DNA of 64,000 nt from positions 124,001-188,000 of IMG/VR virus record IMGVR_UViG_3300022868_000009. One strand, given 5' to 3'. Position 1 is the first letter of the stretch, and each line of letters begins with the position of its first letter. A program made the position numbers and the translations under genes. Of this stretch, positions 39,461 to 47,449 are shown piece by piece. A model generated the notes under the pieces. It made no database searches, was not told the origin of the DNA, and saw only the letters and a list, made by a program, of their open reading frames with translations.

Positions 39461-39805
39461 ATGATTAAAAATTTTAAAATGTTTGATAATATTGATAAAT
39501 TCACAGAAATTATCAAATCAGAAATTAAATTAAGTGAAGAAAAATTCAAACTTAAAATTGAACCAGAAGATCAAGAAAAAGAAATAGATATTATAATTAA
39601 AACTTTTGGTGAATATGATTTCAGTAATGGTATTTCAAGTGAAATATATCAAAAATTGTTTAATGAAATAGTTACAAAAGTAAATAAATTATTAGATAAA
39701 CAATTAAATTATTATTTTTGCAATACTCCTGAAGGAGAAACAAAAACTAGGTATAATTGTCATTTACACAGTGTAATATTTAGATTATTTATCTTGCTTC
39801 AATAA
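39461..39805 (+). CDS. Hypothetical protein, capsid-targeting-like N-terminus
   Basis: MIKNFKMFD start. Confidence 0.55.
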   Translation: MIKNFKMFDNIDKFTEIIKSEIKLSEEKFKLKIEPEDQEKEIDIIIKTFGEYDFSNGISSEIYQKLFNEIVTKVNKLLDKQLNYYFCNTPEGETKTRYNCHLHSVIFRLFILLQ

Positions 39806-39814
39806 AATTAAAAA

Positions 39815-40081
39815 TTAAAAATCTCGTTCATATCTCCTAATTTTTTCTTTCCCAATTCTAATATCAAACTCTTTAAGAAATGAATTTGGTATTTTAATGT
39901 CATACTCTTCAAAATTTTTAAGTATCTCTAATCTCGTAAAATCACACTCTGAAATTCCTATACTCCACTCTTTTACCCAAAGTCCCCAACTCTTTTTACT
40001 TTTAATAACTCCATTTAATATGTTTGGATGTTTAGTATAAATTGGTTTATCTTTATATAAACCATTATCAAATTCTTTCAT
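39815..40081 (-). CDS. Hypothetical protein (frame stays open upstream to an ATA at 40291)
   Basis: 70 extra sense codons upstream without ATG/GTG/TTG. Confidence 0.5.
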   Translation of the reverse strand: MKEFDNGLYKDKPIYTKHPNILNGVIKSKKSWGLWVKEWSIGISECDFTRLEILKNFEEYDIKIPNSFLKEFDIRIGKEKIRRYERDF

Positions 40082-40297
40082 ACAGATTTTACAATTTTTA
40101 CCATTAATATCAAATATAATTTCAGGATTATACGTTCCAGAAAAGGAAAGTATATTGCATCGGTAAGATTTAAGAAAGAAACAAAATATTTCATTAAAAC
40201 TATTTGAATGTTTTTGTTTCTTCTTATTTTTTCTTGTTAGGCCTTTCTTATAAAGACCATCATTGCTTCCAGCATTTTCATAATCTTTTATTTATTT

Positions 40298-40528
40298 TTA
40301 GGTTGATATTTCAAACGTAGACCATGAAATTTTTCCAACATTTGAATATAAATTGTCTAATTTTTCAGCAAAATATTCAAACCATTGTTTATCTTCTTTT
40401 GTTAAAGTATATCCATTTTCTAATTTACTTTTATAATCTTTAATAACATTTAAGTCATTAAGAAATAAATAAAATGTTTCAGAATCAAGATTTTCTACTA
40501 TTTTATTAATATTATCTAAATCTTTCAT
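40298..40528 (-). CDS. Hypothetical protein
   Basis: ORF immediately after the tRNA array. Confidence 0.55.
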   Translation of the reverse strand: MKDLDNINKIVENLDSETFYLFLNDLNVIKDYKSKLENGYTLTKEDKQWFEYFAEKLDNLYSNVGKISWSTFEIST

Positions 40529-40529
40529 G

Positions 40530-40601
40530 TGGAGCCTACGGGAATCGAACCCGTGTCTTCTGAGTGCAAGTCAGAAATAATAGCCTCTATACGAAGGTCC
40601 C
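40530..40601 (-). tRNA. tRNA-Ala(TGC)
   Basis: TCTGA-CTTGCAC-TCAGA; G3:U70; T-arm ACGGG-TTCGATT-CCCGT. Confidence 0.85.
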
Positions 40602-40608
40602 ATTTTTG

Positions 40609-40682
40609 TACTCCCGATTGGACTCGAACCAACAACTTCTGCCATGTAACGGCAGCACTCTACGCAATTGAGCTACAGGAGC
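40609..40682 (-). tRNA. tRNA-Val(TAC)
   Basis: CTGCC-GTTACAT-GGCAG; full cloverleaf. Confidence 0.85.
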
Positions 40683-40687
40683 GTTTG

Positions 40688-40761
40688 TAGTCTCGATGAG
40701 ATTCGAACTCATGACCTCTTGCACGTCAAGCAAACACTCTAACCAACTGAGCTACGAAACT
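40688..40761 (-). tRNA. tRNA-Val(GAC)
   Basis: TTTGC-TTGACGT-GCAAG; full cloverleaf. Confidence 0.85.
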
Positions 40762-40765
40762 ATAG

Positions 40766-40836
40766 TACTCTCGAAGGGACTCGAACCCCCACTAAGGGTT
40801 TAGAAGACCCTTGTGCATCCATTACACCACGAAAGC
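40766..40836 (-). tRNA. tRNA-Arg(TCT)
   Basis: AGGGT-CTTCTAA-ACCCT; full cloverleaf. Confidence 0.85.
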
Positions 40837-40837
40837 A

Positions 40838-41575
40838 TTAACACATTTTCAATTTTTTAATTATATCACTAATAGTGCCTTTTGAAGCACAAAAATATTC
40901 AGCAATTTTAACTTGTTTAATATTTTGATTAAAATACATATCATAAACTTTTTCTCTATCAATTTTTGGTTGTTTATATTTCAAATTATTAGATTTTTCT
41001 ATAATTTCATCAAGATTTTCGTAGAAAAATTTTGAATCTGTATGTTTTATTGTGTGACAATTTCTACATATTATTTTACATTTATCTAATTCATTTTGTA
41101 CTTTTTCACTCAAATCTTTTATACTATCAAATCTACTAGTTATATCACTTAAAATAAAATCCTTATTTCTTTCATGATGAAAATTTAATGACGAATTACA
41201 TTTATTATATCCACATATATAACATTTATCATCACCTAAATATTTTAAATAAATGTGTTTGTTGTGTCTCTTATTAGAAACTTTGCCAATTTTTTCATGT
41301 AATTCTTGATGACAATTTTGACAATATAATTCACACTTTTTTAACTCTTTCTCTATTATATTCCAGCTATAATTTCTTAAAACATTTAATGATTCTTTTT
41401 TATCATCTATATGATGAAAACACAATTTTAATATATTATCTTCACCACACATTTTACAAGAACCACCAAGTAATTTAACTGCTTTGTACTTTTTAGCAAA
41501 AACTAATATTTTTGTTGATAATTTTTTCATGTTCGAGGTTTTAATTTTATATATTAAAATTAAAACCTCGAACAT
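40838..41575 (-). CDS. Tandem-HNH endonuclease with C-terminal HTH, inserted in the tRNA array (probable start 41530)
   Basis: Two CxxCG..LxFHH..CxxxCxNCH units. Confidence 0.8.
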   Translation of the reverse strand: MFEVLILIYKIKTSNMKKLSTKILVFAKKYKAVKLLGGSCKMCGEDNILKLCFHHIDDKKESLNVLRNYSWNIIEKELKKCELYCQNCHQELHEKIGKVSNKRHNKHIYLKYLGDDKCYICGYNKCNSSLNFHHERNKDFILSDITSRFDSIKDLSEKVQNELDKCKIICRNCHTIKHTDSKFFYENLDEIIEKSNNLKYKQPKIDREKVYDMYFNQNIKQVKIAEYFCASKGTISDIIKKLKMC

Positions 41576-41579
41576 GAAA
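41525..41579. repeat. Perfect 25-bp inverted repeat covering the HNH start codon and promoter motif
   Basis: tttcatgttcgaggttttaatttta-tatat-taaaattaaaacctcgaacatgaaa. Confidence 0.9.
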
Positions 41580-41583
41580 TTTG

Positions 41584-41657
41584 AGCGAATGAACGGATTC
41601 GAACCGTCACCTCAACTTTGGAAGAGTTATATGCTAACCATTAAACACCACATTCGC
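41584..41657 (-). tRNA. tRNA-Gly(TCC)
   Basis: GCGAATG/CATTCGC, U73, TAACT-CTTCCAA-AGTTG. Confidence 0.85.
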
Positions 41658-41667
41658 TTATTTCTTG

Positions 41668-41740
41668 ATCCCCCTGTCGGAATCGAGCCGACTTCCCCGA
41701 TTTACAAGACCGGACATAATCCATTAAATGCTTAGGAGGA
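41668..41740 (-). tRNA. tRNA-Thr(TGT)
   Basis: CCGGT-CTTGTAA-ATCGG; TCCTCCT/AGGGGGA acceptor stem. Confidence 0.8.
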
Positions 41741-41748
41741 ATATATAG

Positions 41749-41828
41749 AACCCCAAGTGGGACTCGAACCCACATTTTCAATTCCAATTACCGATAACTG
41801 TTTCGAAGACAGAACGGATTACTGAGGT
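41749..41828 (-). tRNA. Atypical D-armless tRNA-like RNA, TCG (Arg) anticodon loop
   Basis: ACCTCAG/TTGGGGT acceptor, CTGT-CTTCGAA-ACAG, long variable region, GTGGG-TTCGAGT-CCCAC. Confidence 0.65.
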
Positions 41829-41837
41829 ATTTATTTG

Positions 41838-41911
41838 TATAAGCGGTGAGAGTCGAACTCACAATAATCCTCAGTCCAAGTGAGGCAACCACGCCAATGG
41901 ATCGCGCCTAT
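41838..41911 (-). tRNA. tRNA-Pro(TGG), atypical acceptor stem
   Basis: CCTCA-CTTGGAC-TGAGG; ATAGGCG/CGCTTAT; GTGAG-TTCGACT-CTCAC. Confidence 0.75.
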
Positions 41912-41943
41912 ATTATTACAAAAAATCAAAGAACTTACTCCAG

Positions 41944-41988
41944 AAAACAAAAAACCTCAACCAATGGTTTGAAACACTGGTCGAGGTT
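41944..41988 (-). terminator. Attenuator terminator upstream of the tRNA array
   Basis: AACCTCGACCAGTG/CATTGGTTGAGGTT stem followed by TTTTGTTTT. Confidence 0.8.
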
Positions 41989-42013
41989 GTGGTTTGATAT
42001 ATGGAGGATTAAA

Positions 42014-42121
42014 TTACAAATCCTCAAACTCTAACAGTGTAGGTATAACGGTGCCGGCCACGGGTCTCGTCGGAGTCCCTGTGCGTACTACTACTGCCAT
42101 TATGTTAAAGTTTAAATTCAT
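42014..42121 (-). promoter_or_regulatory. Putative attenuator leader peptide MNLNFNIMAVVVRTGTPTRPVAGTVIPTLLEFEDL
   Basis: 35-codon ORF with GC-rich core restricted to A/V/R/T/G/P; 3' end complementary to the terminator 5' arm. Confidence 0.75.
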
Positions 42122-42219
42122 TTTTATATCAATTTTTTCGTATTATTATATATTGACCGTAAAAAGTCAAATTTTTCTATTTTTATATTTATCACAAAAG
42201 TAGTTAAAAGTTTTTAAAA

Positions 42220-43050
42220 TTAAAAATTTTTTGTCATTTTATTTTCAAAAAAGGAAAACAACTTTGATATATATCGAGAATAATTTTTTATTTGATTGTT
42301 GTAGATTTTTAAAAAGTTATCTATAAATAATTTTTGTTCTTTTTTAGAAGAATTATTTATAAATAATTCTTCTTCTTCACCATGTTTTAATTTTTTTAAT
42401 AATTCAAACGCTGATAAAAATTTGTTCAATTTAAGTTCTGATAAATCATTAAAAAGTTGCAATAAATTTATATCCTTTAAATAATAAAAATTTTGATAAA
42501 AATCGCTTTTTTTAACTAAATTATCAATTGTTTCATTTTCATTTAATTCATAATTTTTTATTTCGTAAACAATTTTACTAAAATCCGCTTTTACTTCAGC
42601 TGACGATAAAGAATAAAACACATCTATGATTGTAGATATTTGTTTATCATTTTTAAAAAAATCATACATTGAAATTATTGACATTTCATCAACACTTGTT
42701 AATTCTTTGCCTTTATTTTTCACCCAATCATAAGCATGAAACAATTCGTGATTTAATAATCCATGAGTTGTCTTATATGAATCTAAAACCAAATATATAA
42801 TCGAACCATTTGGAATATATTCTGATTTATGTTGATCAAATGATGAAAATCTATTATTCAATTTTGCATAATCTTCTTTGAATTCTATAATTATTTTGGA
42901 TATACCTATATTAAGTATTTTAACATCTATTTCTTCAATATTTTTTAAATCCTCTTTATTTTCAACATAATTTATTATATAAGTAGTTAATTCTTCAACT
43001 TCTGTTGAATATCCTGATCTTTCTATAATAAAATTACCAAAATTTAACAT
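42220..43050 (-). CDS. Zincin-like protein with capsid-targeting-like N-terminus
   Basis: MLNFGNFIIE; HELFHAY (HExxH) plus downstream Glu. Confidence 0.6.
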   Translation of the reverse strand: MLNFGNFIIERSGYSTEVEELTTYIINYVENKEDLKNIEEIDVKILNIGISKIIIEFKEDYAKLNNRFSSFDQHKSEYIPNGSIIYLVLDSYKTTHGLLNHELFHAYDWVKNKGKELTSVDEMSIISMYDFFKNDKQISTIIDVFYSLSSAEVKADFSKIVYEIKNYELNENETIDNLVKKSDFYQNFYYLKDINLLQLFNDLSELKLNKFLSAFELLKKLKHGEEEELFINNSSKKEQKLFIDNFLKIYNNQIKNYSRYISKLFSFFENKMTKNF

Positions 43051-43080
43051 ATGTTTATATATTAAAAATTTTTTGTCATT

Positions 43081-43416
43081 TTATTTTCTTTCTTCTGGGT
43101 CACCACAAAAAACACAACATTCATCACTATAATATCCATTCACATAAACATATACACATTTATCAATAGGATTATCTATATGATTACAATCCCATCCCCA
43201 ATAAGCGCCATAATATGGATCTCCTATATCTTCTAATTTAATAGATTCATCATCTCTTTCTTTTAAAACATATTCTTTAATCCATTCTGATTTCTCTTTA
43301 AGGATTTTTTCTCTTTCTACTTTTTTCTTAGTTTCAGTGTCATGTTTAATTGCTTCTTTTTCTTCAAGAAATAATTGACCATCTTCTGTTTGCCATGCAT
43401 CTACTTTATTTATCAT
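43081..43416 (-). CDS. Hypothetical protein with Cys-rich C-terminus
   Basis: WDC..C..CCVFCGDPEERK. Confidence 0.6.
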   Translation of the reverse strand: MINKVDAWQTEDGQLFLEEKEAIKHDTETKKKVEREKILKEKSEWIKEYVLKERDDESIKLEDIGDPYYGAYWGWDCNHIDNPIDKCVYVYVNGYYSDECCVFCGDPEERK

Positions 43417-44192
43417 TTTATTAATTCTTTAATATTAACATTTTCATCTTGTAAATTAAACCAATTTCTTAATTTCTTTCTTAAAAATAATTCATCCTTA
43501 GATCTTTCAATATCTTCTTCGGCTTTCTGTATCTCAACTTTATGTTTATCTACATCTGTATTATACAAACCAAGTAATTGATTACTAATAGAAATTATTT
43601 TTTTCTCATTACCAACTTGATCTTCAGAATCAACTAAACATTTACTTATAATTTCATTATCTTTCCACCAATCCTTACTCTTAATCTTTTCAATCTCATC
43701 ATCGTTGAAGGATATATCATTAACATACAAATTATCAAGTTTTAACATAACTTCCAATTCACCAGAATTTCTCTTCAACCATTTTGAATAATCTTTCATA
43801 AGTTTAGGATTCCTAATTATATTCAAATCAGAAGGACTAATAAACTTTTCTAAGTTCTCTCTATCATCATCAATATCATGTTTTTCTAAAATACCCAAAT
43901 ATAATCTTACAAAATGTAAATATATTCCTTTATGTTTGTGATATTCACCATCAGTACCTTCATCTTCCCAGACATTATATCCTTTTGTTGGCATGTAAAA
44001 GCAATTTGATTCTGGATGCCCTATAGAACCACCAGTATGACATCTTTTAACAAGTCCTTCCTCGATCAATTCATCTATGTATAAAGCATATTCACTAGAT
44101 TTTACTTTTACAATTCCTGACAATCCTTGACCACTTTGAACTTGTACGTCAATAATAGTTTTATAGACATCTGATTTAGTTATTTTACCCAT
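43413..44192 (-). CDS. Hypothetical protein
   Basis: ORF in operon. Confidence 0.6.
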   Translation of the reverse strand: MGKITKSDVYKTIIDVQVQSGQGLSGIVKVKSSEYALYIDELIEEGLVKRCHTGGSIGHPESNCFYMPTKGYNVWEDEGTDGEYHKHKGIYLHFVRLYLGILEKHDIDDDRENLEKFISPSDLNIIRNPKLMKDYSKWLKRNSGELEVMLKLDNLYVNDISFNDDEIEKIKSKDWWKDNEIISKCLVDSEDQVGNEKKIISISNQLLGLYNTDVDKHKVEIQKAEEDIERSKDELFLRKKLRNWFNLQDENVNIKELIK

Positions 44193-44193
44193 A

Positions 44194-45258
44194 TTATACC
44201 TCCAAATAATTAAAAGGTCCTTTAATACCTTTATTTAACAATACTTTATACAATAATTTTATTGCATCTTTTACGTCTTTTTTATGAACAGTTTCTACTG
44301 TTGTGTGCATATATCTCATACCCATTTTCAATAATCCTGTTGGAATACCATGAGGATAAGAATAAGAATCTGCATTTGTTCCTGAACTTCGTCCCATCGC
44401 AATTAATTGATAGGGTAATTTCTCATCATTGCAAACATCTTTCAAAAGTTTTAAAACATTCTTGTGAATAGATGGAGCATTAGCCAAAACAATACCTTCA
44501 CCAGCAGTTATAGATCCTAATTTAGCAGCATCATATGCTGGACTTGTAGTGTCATGTGTCACATCAATTGCAATCGCAACATTAGGTTCTATTTTATTTG
44601 AAGCCATTTTAGCGCCATATAAACCTACTTCTTCTTGAACTGCATTAACAATAACTAATTTATAGTCAAGTTTTATTTTCTTTTTACTCAATTTCTTTAG
44701 AACTTGTGATGTAATATAACCACCGATTTTATCATCTAATGATCTACCACAATGATATTCTCCTAAATCCATATAACCATCTGTCATTGTAATAGGAGTT
44801 CCAACCTCAATTCCTTTATCTAAAACTTCTTTTTTACTTGAAACACCAATATCAATAAAACACTTACTTATTTCTACTTTAAATGTCTTATCTTGAACGT
44901 GAATGGCTGGATGACCAAAAACACCATTAACTTTACCTTTTTCACTCCAAATATCAACCCTAGATGAAGGAGTAATATGCACATCAGAACCTCCAAGTCT
45001 ACCAACTTTGATAAAGCCTTTATCAGTTATATCATGTACAAAAAATCCAATTTCGTCAGCATGAGCATCAATTAAAACAGTATAATCGCTGTTTAAGTCA
45101 CCAAAATATGCATATGCGTTACCATAATCATCAACATCTACTTTTTTAGCATATTGTTTAATATAGTTAACCCACACCATTTGACCACCAAGTAAAACTT
45201 CATACCCACTAGGTGATGGTGTATTAACGTATTTTTTCAAAAATTCTTTTTTATTCAT
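44194..45258 (-). CDS. M42 family aminopeptidase
   Basis: PSGYE, AHADEIG, LDDKIG, QEEVGLYGA, IDVTH, GTNAD, YMHT. Confidence 0.92.
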   Translation of the reverse strand: MNKKEFLKKYVNTPSPSGYEVLLGGQMVWVNYIKQYAKKVDVDDYGNAYAYFGDLNSDYTVLIDAHADEIGFFVHDITDKGFIKVGRLGGSDVHITPSSRVDIWSEKGKVNGVFGHPAIHVQDKTFKVEISKCFIDIGVSSKKEVLDKGIEVGTPITMTDGYMDLGEYHCGRSLDDKIGGYITSQVLKKLSKKKIKLDYKLVIVNAVQEEVGLYGAKMASNKIEPNVAIAIDVTHDTTSPAYDAAKLGSITAGEGIVLANAPSIHKNVLKLLKDVCNDEKLPYQLIAMGRSSGTNADSYSYPHGIPTGLLKMGMRYMHTTVETVHKKDVKDAIKLLYKVLLNKGIKGPFNYLEV

Positions 45259-45319
45259 ATTTATGATTTTAATTATTAATTGAGAAATTTAAGGAAATTT
45301 TTAGAATAAAAAAATATTA

Positions 45320-46009
45320 TTAATAATTCATTATTAATAGTTCTTCGTGATAAGAATATTTTTTCTTAACGATGTTACAGAATTTAGAGTATTCTGGTAC
45401 TAGATAAAAATCATAACAAGATAACATGAACTTACCTTTAATGTTTTTTAATAAGAAAAATAAATCTTCATGTGATTCCTTTGTAAAATCATGATTATCG
45501 TATCTATGTTCAAAACCATAATACGGTGGGTCAATATAGAAAAATGTATTTCTATAATCGAATTTATTTATCACATATTTATAATCTTCGTTTAATACGT
45601 AATTTACATATTGATATTTATCTTTAAAATCTGATATATTACCCCAAGACATTTTATCACTATAACCAGATCCAATATCTCCAACCGCATTACAATGACA
45701 TAATAAATATAAATATTTCAAAGATTTTTCTTGTTGAGTTCCTTCATTAATAGTGTCTTTAAATTCAAGATATTTTTCTTCACTTGATTCTATATTCTCA
45801 ATTAGATTTGTAAAATGTGGGTTTTTTAAGTGTCGAAATAAATAATAATTATCTTTATTAATATCATTATATACACTAATAAGAGGATTGTTAATTGACA
45901 ATCCTATTCCATACATACCACCAAAAGGTTCAACATAACATGTAAAGTTAGGTGTGTAAGGCAAAATGAATTTTTTAAATTTGGATTTTTCTCCAAGATA
46001 GGGTATCAT
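45320..46009 (-). CDS. Second Dam-like DNA adenine methyltransferase
   Basis: YLGEKS, YVEPFGG, YNDIN, YIDPPY. Confidence 0.85.
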   Translation of the reverse strand: MIPYLGEKSKFKKFILPYTPNFTCYVEPFGGMYGIGLSINNPLISVYNDINKDNYYLFRHLKNPHFTNLIENIESSEEKYLEFKDTINEGTQQEKSLKYLYLLCHCNAVGDIGSGYSDKMSWGNISDFKDKYQYVNYVLNEDYKYVINKFDYRNTFFYIDPPYYGFEHRYDNHDFTKESHEDLFFLLKNIKGKFMLSCYDFYLVPEYSKFCNIVKKKYSYHEELLIMNY

Positions 46010-46701
46010 AATATTCCAAGTTTAGCTGCTTGTATTTCTGCTTTATATTTTTCTTTTTGTTTCTTTGTTAATAAAGTTTTAATATTATTAATAGCAAAAG
46101 GATAATTCTTTAGTATTACATTTATTATATTAGATTTTTCAAGATGAACATTTAGATCTCTGAAAATCCAACTATTTTCTGGTAATTTCGATATTCTAAT
46201 AGCAATCGCTTTTTCTAATTCTTCTGTTGTTTTATAACTCTGTTCTACCCACATCCTACCATATTTTGAATCTAAATAACCATAGCCATATTTTATAATA
46301 ACATCTTCGATAGGAAGATTATCAAATCTATAATCATCGCCACCCAAATTAGTTTGACCATCTGTGAGTTTATATAAAAACATATCCATAGATCCATCAC
46401 TTTGAAGAAAACCTTTTATATGTGTAGTAGATTGCAGATCTTGTAATAATACTTTTTTTCTAAATATATCTTCAAATTCAATTGGTGTTATTCCTAAACC
46501 CTCAGCAACAAAACTCACAACATTATCATAAAGTTCATCAGCATCTGGTAATCTATCATATGTAACAAAAGAAGAGGCAGAATAATAATAATTATTATCT
46601 TCGTTAAATTTATCGACTTGTTCTTTTATAAGATGAAGAAATTCATCTACATCCATGTTTTTGTGTGTTCGTAATATAGTATGTTTATCGTAATTTTTCA
46701 T
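46006..46701 (-). CDS. Hypothetical protein, paralog of 46701..47432
   Basis: Shared DxFxYK..LGG..IIxYGYGY..xYGxxW; C-terminus AAKLGIL. Confidence 0.65.
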   Translation of the reverse strand: MKNYDKHTILRTHKNMDVDEFLHLIKEQVDKFNEDNNYYYSASSFVTYDRLPDADELYDNVVSFVAEGLGITPIEFEDIFRKKVLLQDLQSTTHIKGFLQSDGSMDMFLYKLTDGQTNLGGDDYRFDNLPIEDVIIKYGYGYLDSKYGRMWVEQSYKTTEELEKAIAIRISKLPENSWIFRDLNVHLEKSNIINVILKNYPFAINNIKTLLTKKQKEKYKAEIQAAKLGIL

Positions 46702-47432
46702 TATAGTATTCCCATGTTTCTTGCTTCTATAAAACCATGTTGATCTTTTAGTAAAGGTTTTATTTCATCTGACTCACTTGATCTTCCATCAATAATATCT
46801 ATTACATTTTTAGGTATAATAGTTGTTGATGTTGTGTTTTTTAGAATCTTAATCAAATTCTTTAAACTACACATTTTAAGTGAATTATTTAAATGTTCAT
46901 CAACCTCAGGATAATCTTCATTATTTAAACATCTTATAATTTTATTAGTTGCATCATCTTCAAAACTTTTAAAAGTATAATTGGAGTTAGTTATCCATAA
47001 TTTACCGTATTCTGTTTTTGTGTAACCATATCCATATCTAATTATATTATCATATTCGCCGCCTGTATCTTTTAAGTTAAAACCACCTAATTCTACATCT
47101 TTATTATCGCCAAGTATTTTATAAAAGAAATAATCGACTTCTCCGTCCATCGCATAAAAACTATAAGTATTATCGTGGAATTGTTCAATAGTCATATGTT
47201 TTTTAATATGTTCAATGAGTTCGAATTTACTACCACTCCATTGACCATGTTCGTGAAAATATTCATATATATGTTCTACAACGCCATCATATATATATTT
47301 TAAAGTATCACCTCTAGAAGCTAAATTTGTACCACTAAAACCACCATTAATACTCAAACATTCTTTTAAATCCCATATAAACTTTTCCCATACAGATTTT
47401 TTTTCTAAAAAATTATCATAATTAGTTAACAT
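46701..47432 (-). CDS. Hypothetical protein, capsid-targeting-like N-terminus
   Basis: MLTNYDNFLE; C-terminus ARNMGIL. Confidence 0.65.
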   Translation of the reverse strand: MLTNYDNFLEKKSVWEKFIWDLKECLSINGGFSGTNLASRGDTLKYIYDGVVEHIYEYFHEHGQWSGSKFELIEHIKKHMTIEQFHDNTYSFYAMDGEVDYFFYKILGDNKDVELGGFNLKDTGGEYDNIIRYGYGYTKTEYGKLWITNSNYTFKSFEDDATNKIIRCLNNEDYPEVDEHLNNSLKMCSLKNLIKILKNTTSTTIIPKNVIDIIDGRSSESDEIKPLLKDQHGFIEARNMGIL

Positions 47433-47449
47433 AATACTATATATTAAAA

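Noticed and set aside
41484-42203. Plus-strand ORFs 41484, 41846 and 41994
   Set aside because: Antisense to tRNAs and the leader. The duplicated MFEVLILxxKIKTSNMK peptide is an artefact of the palindrome.
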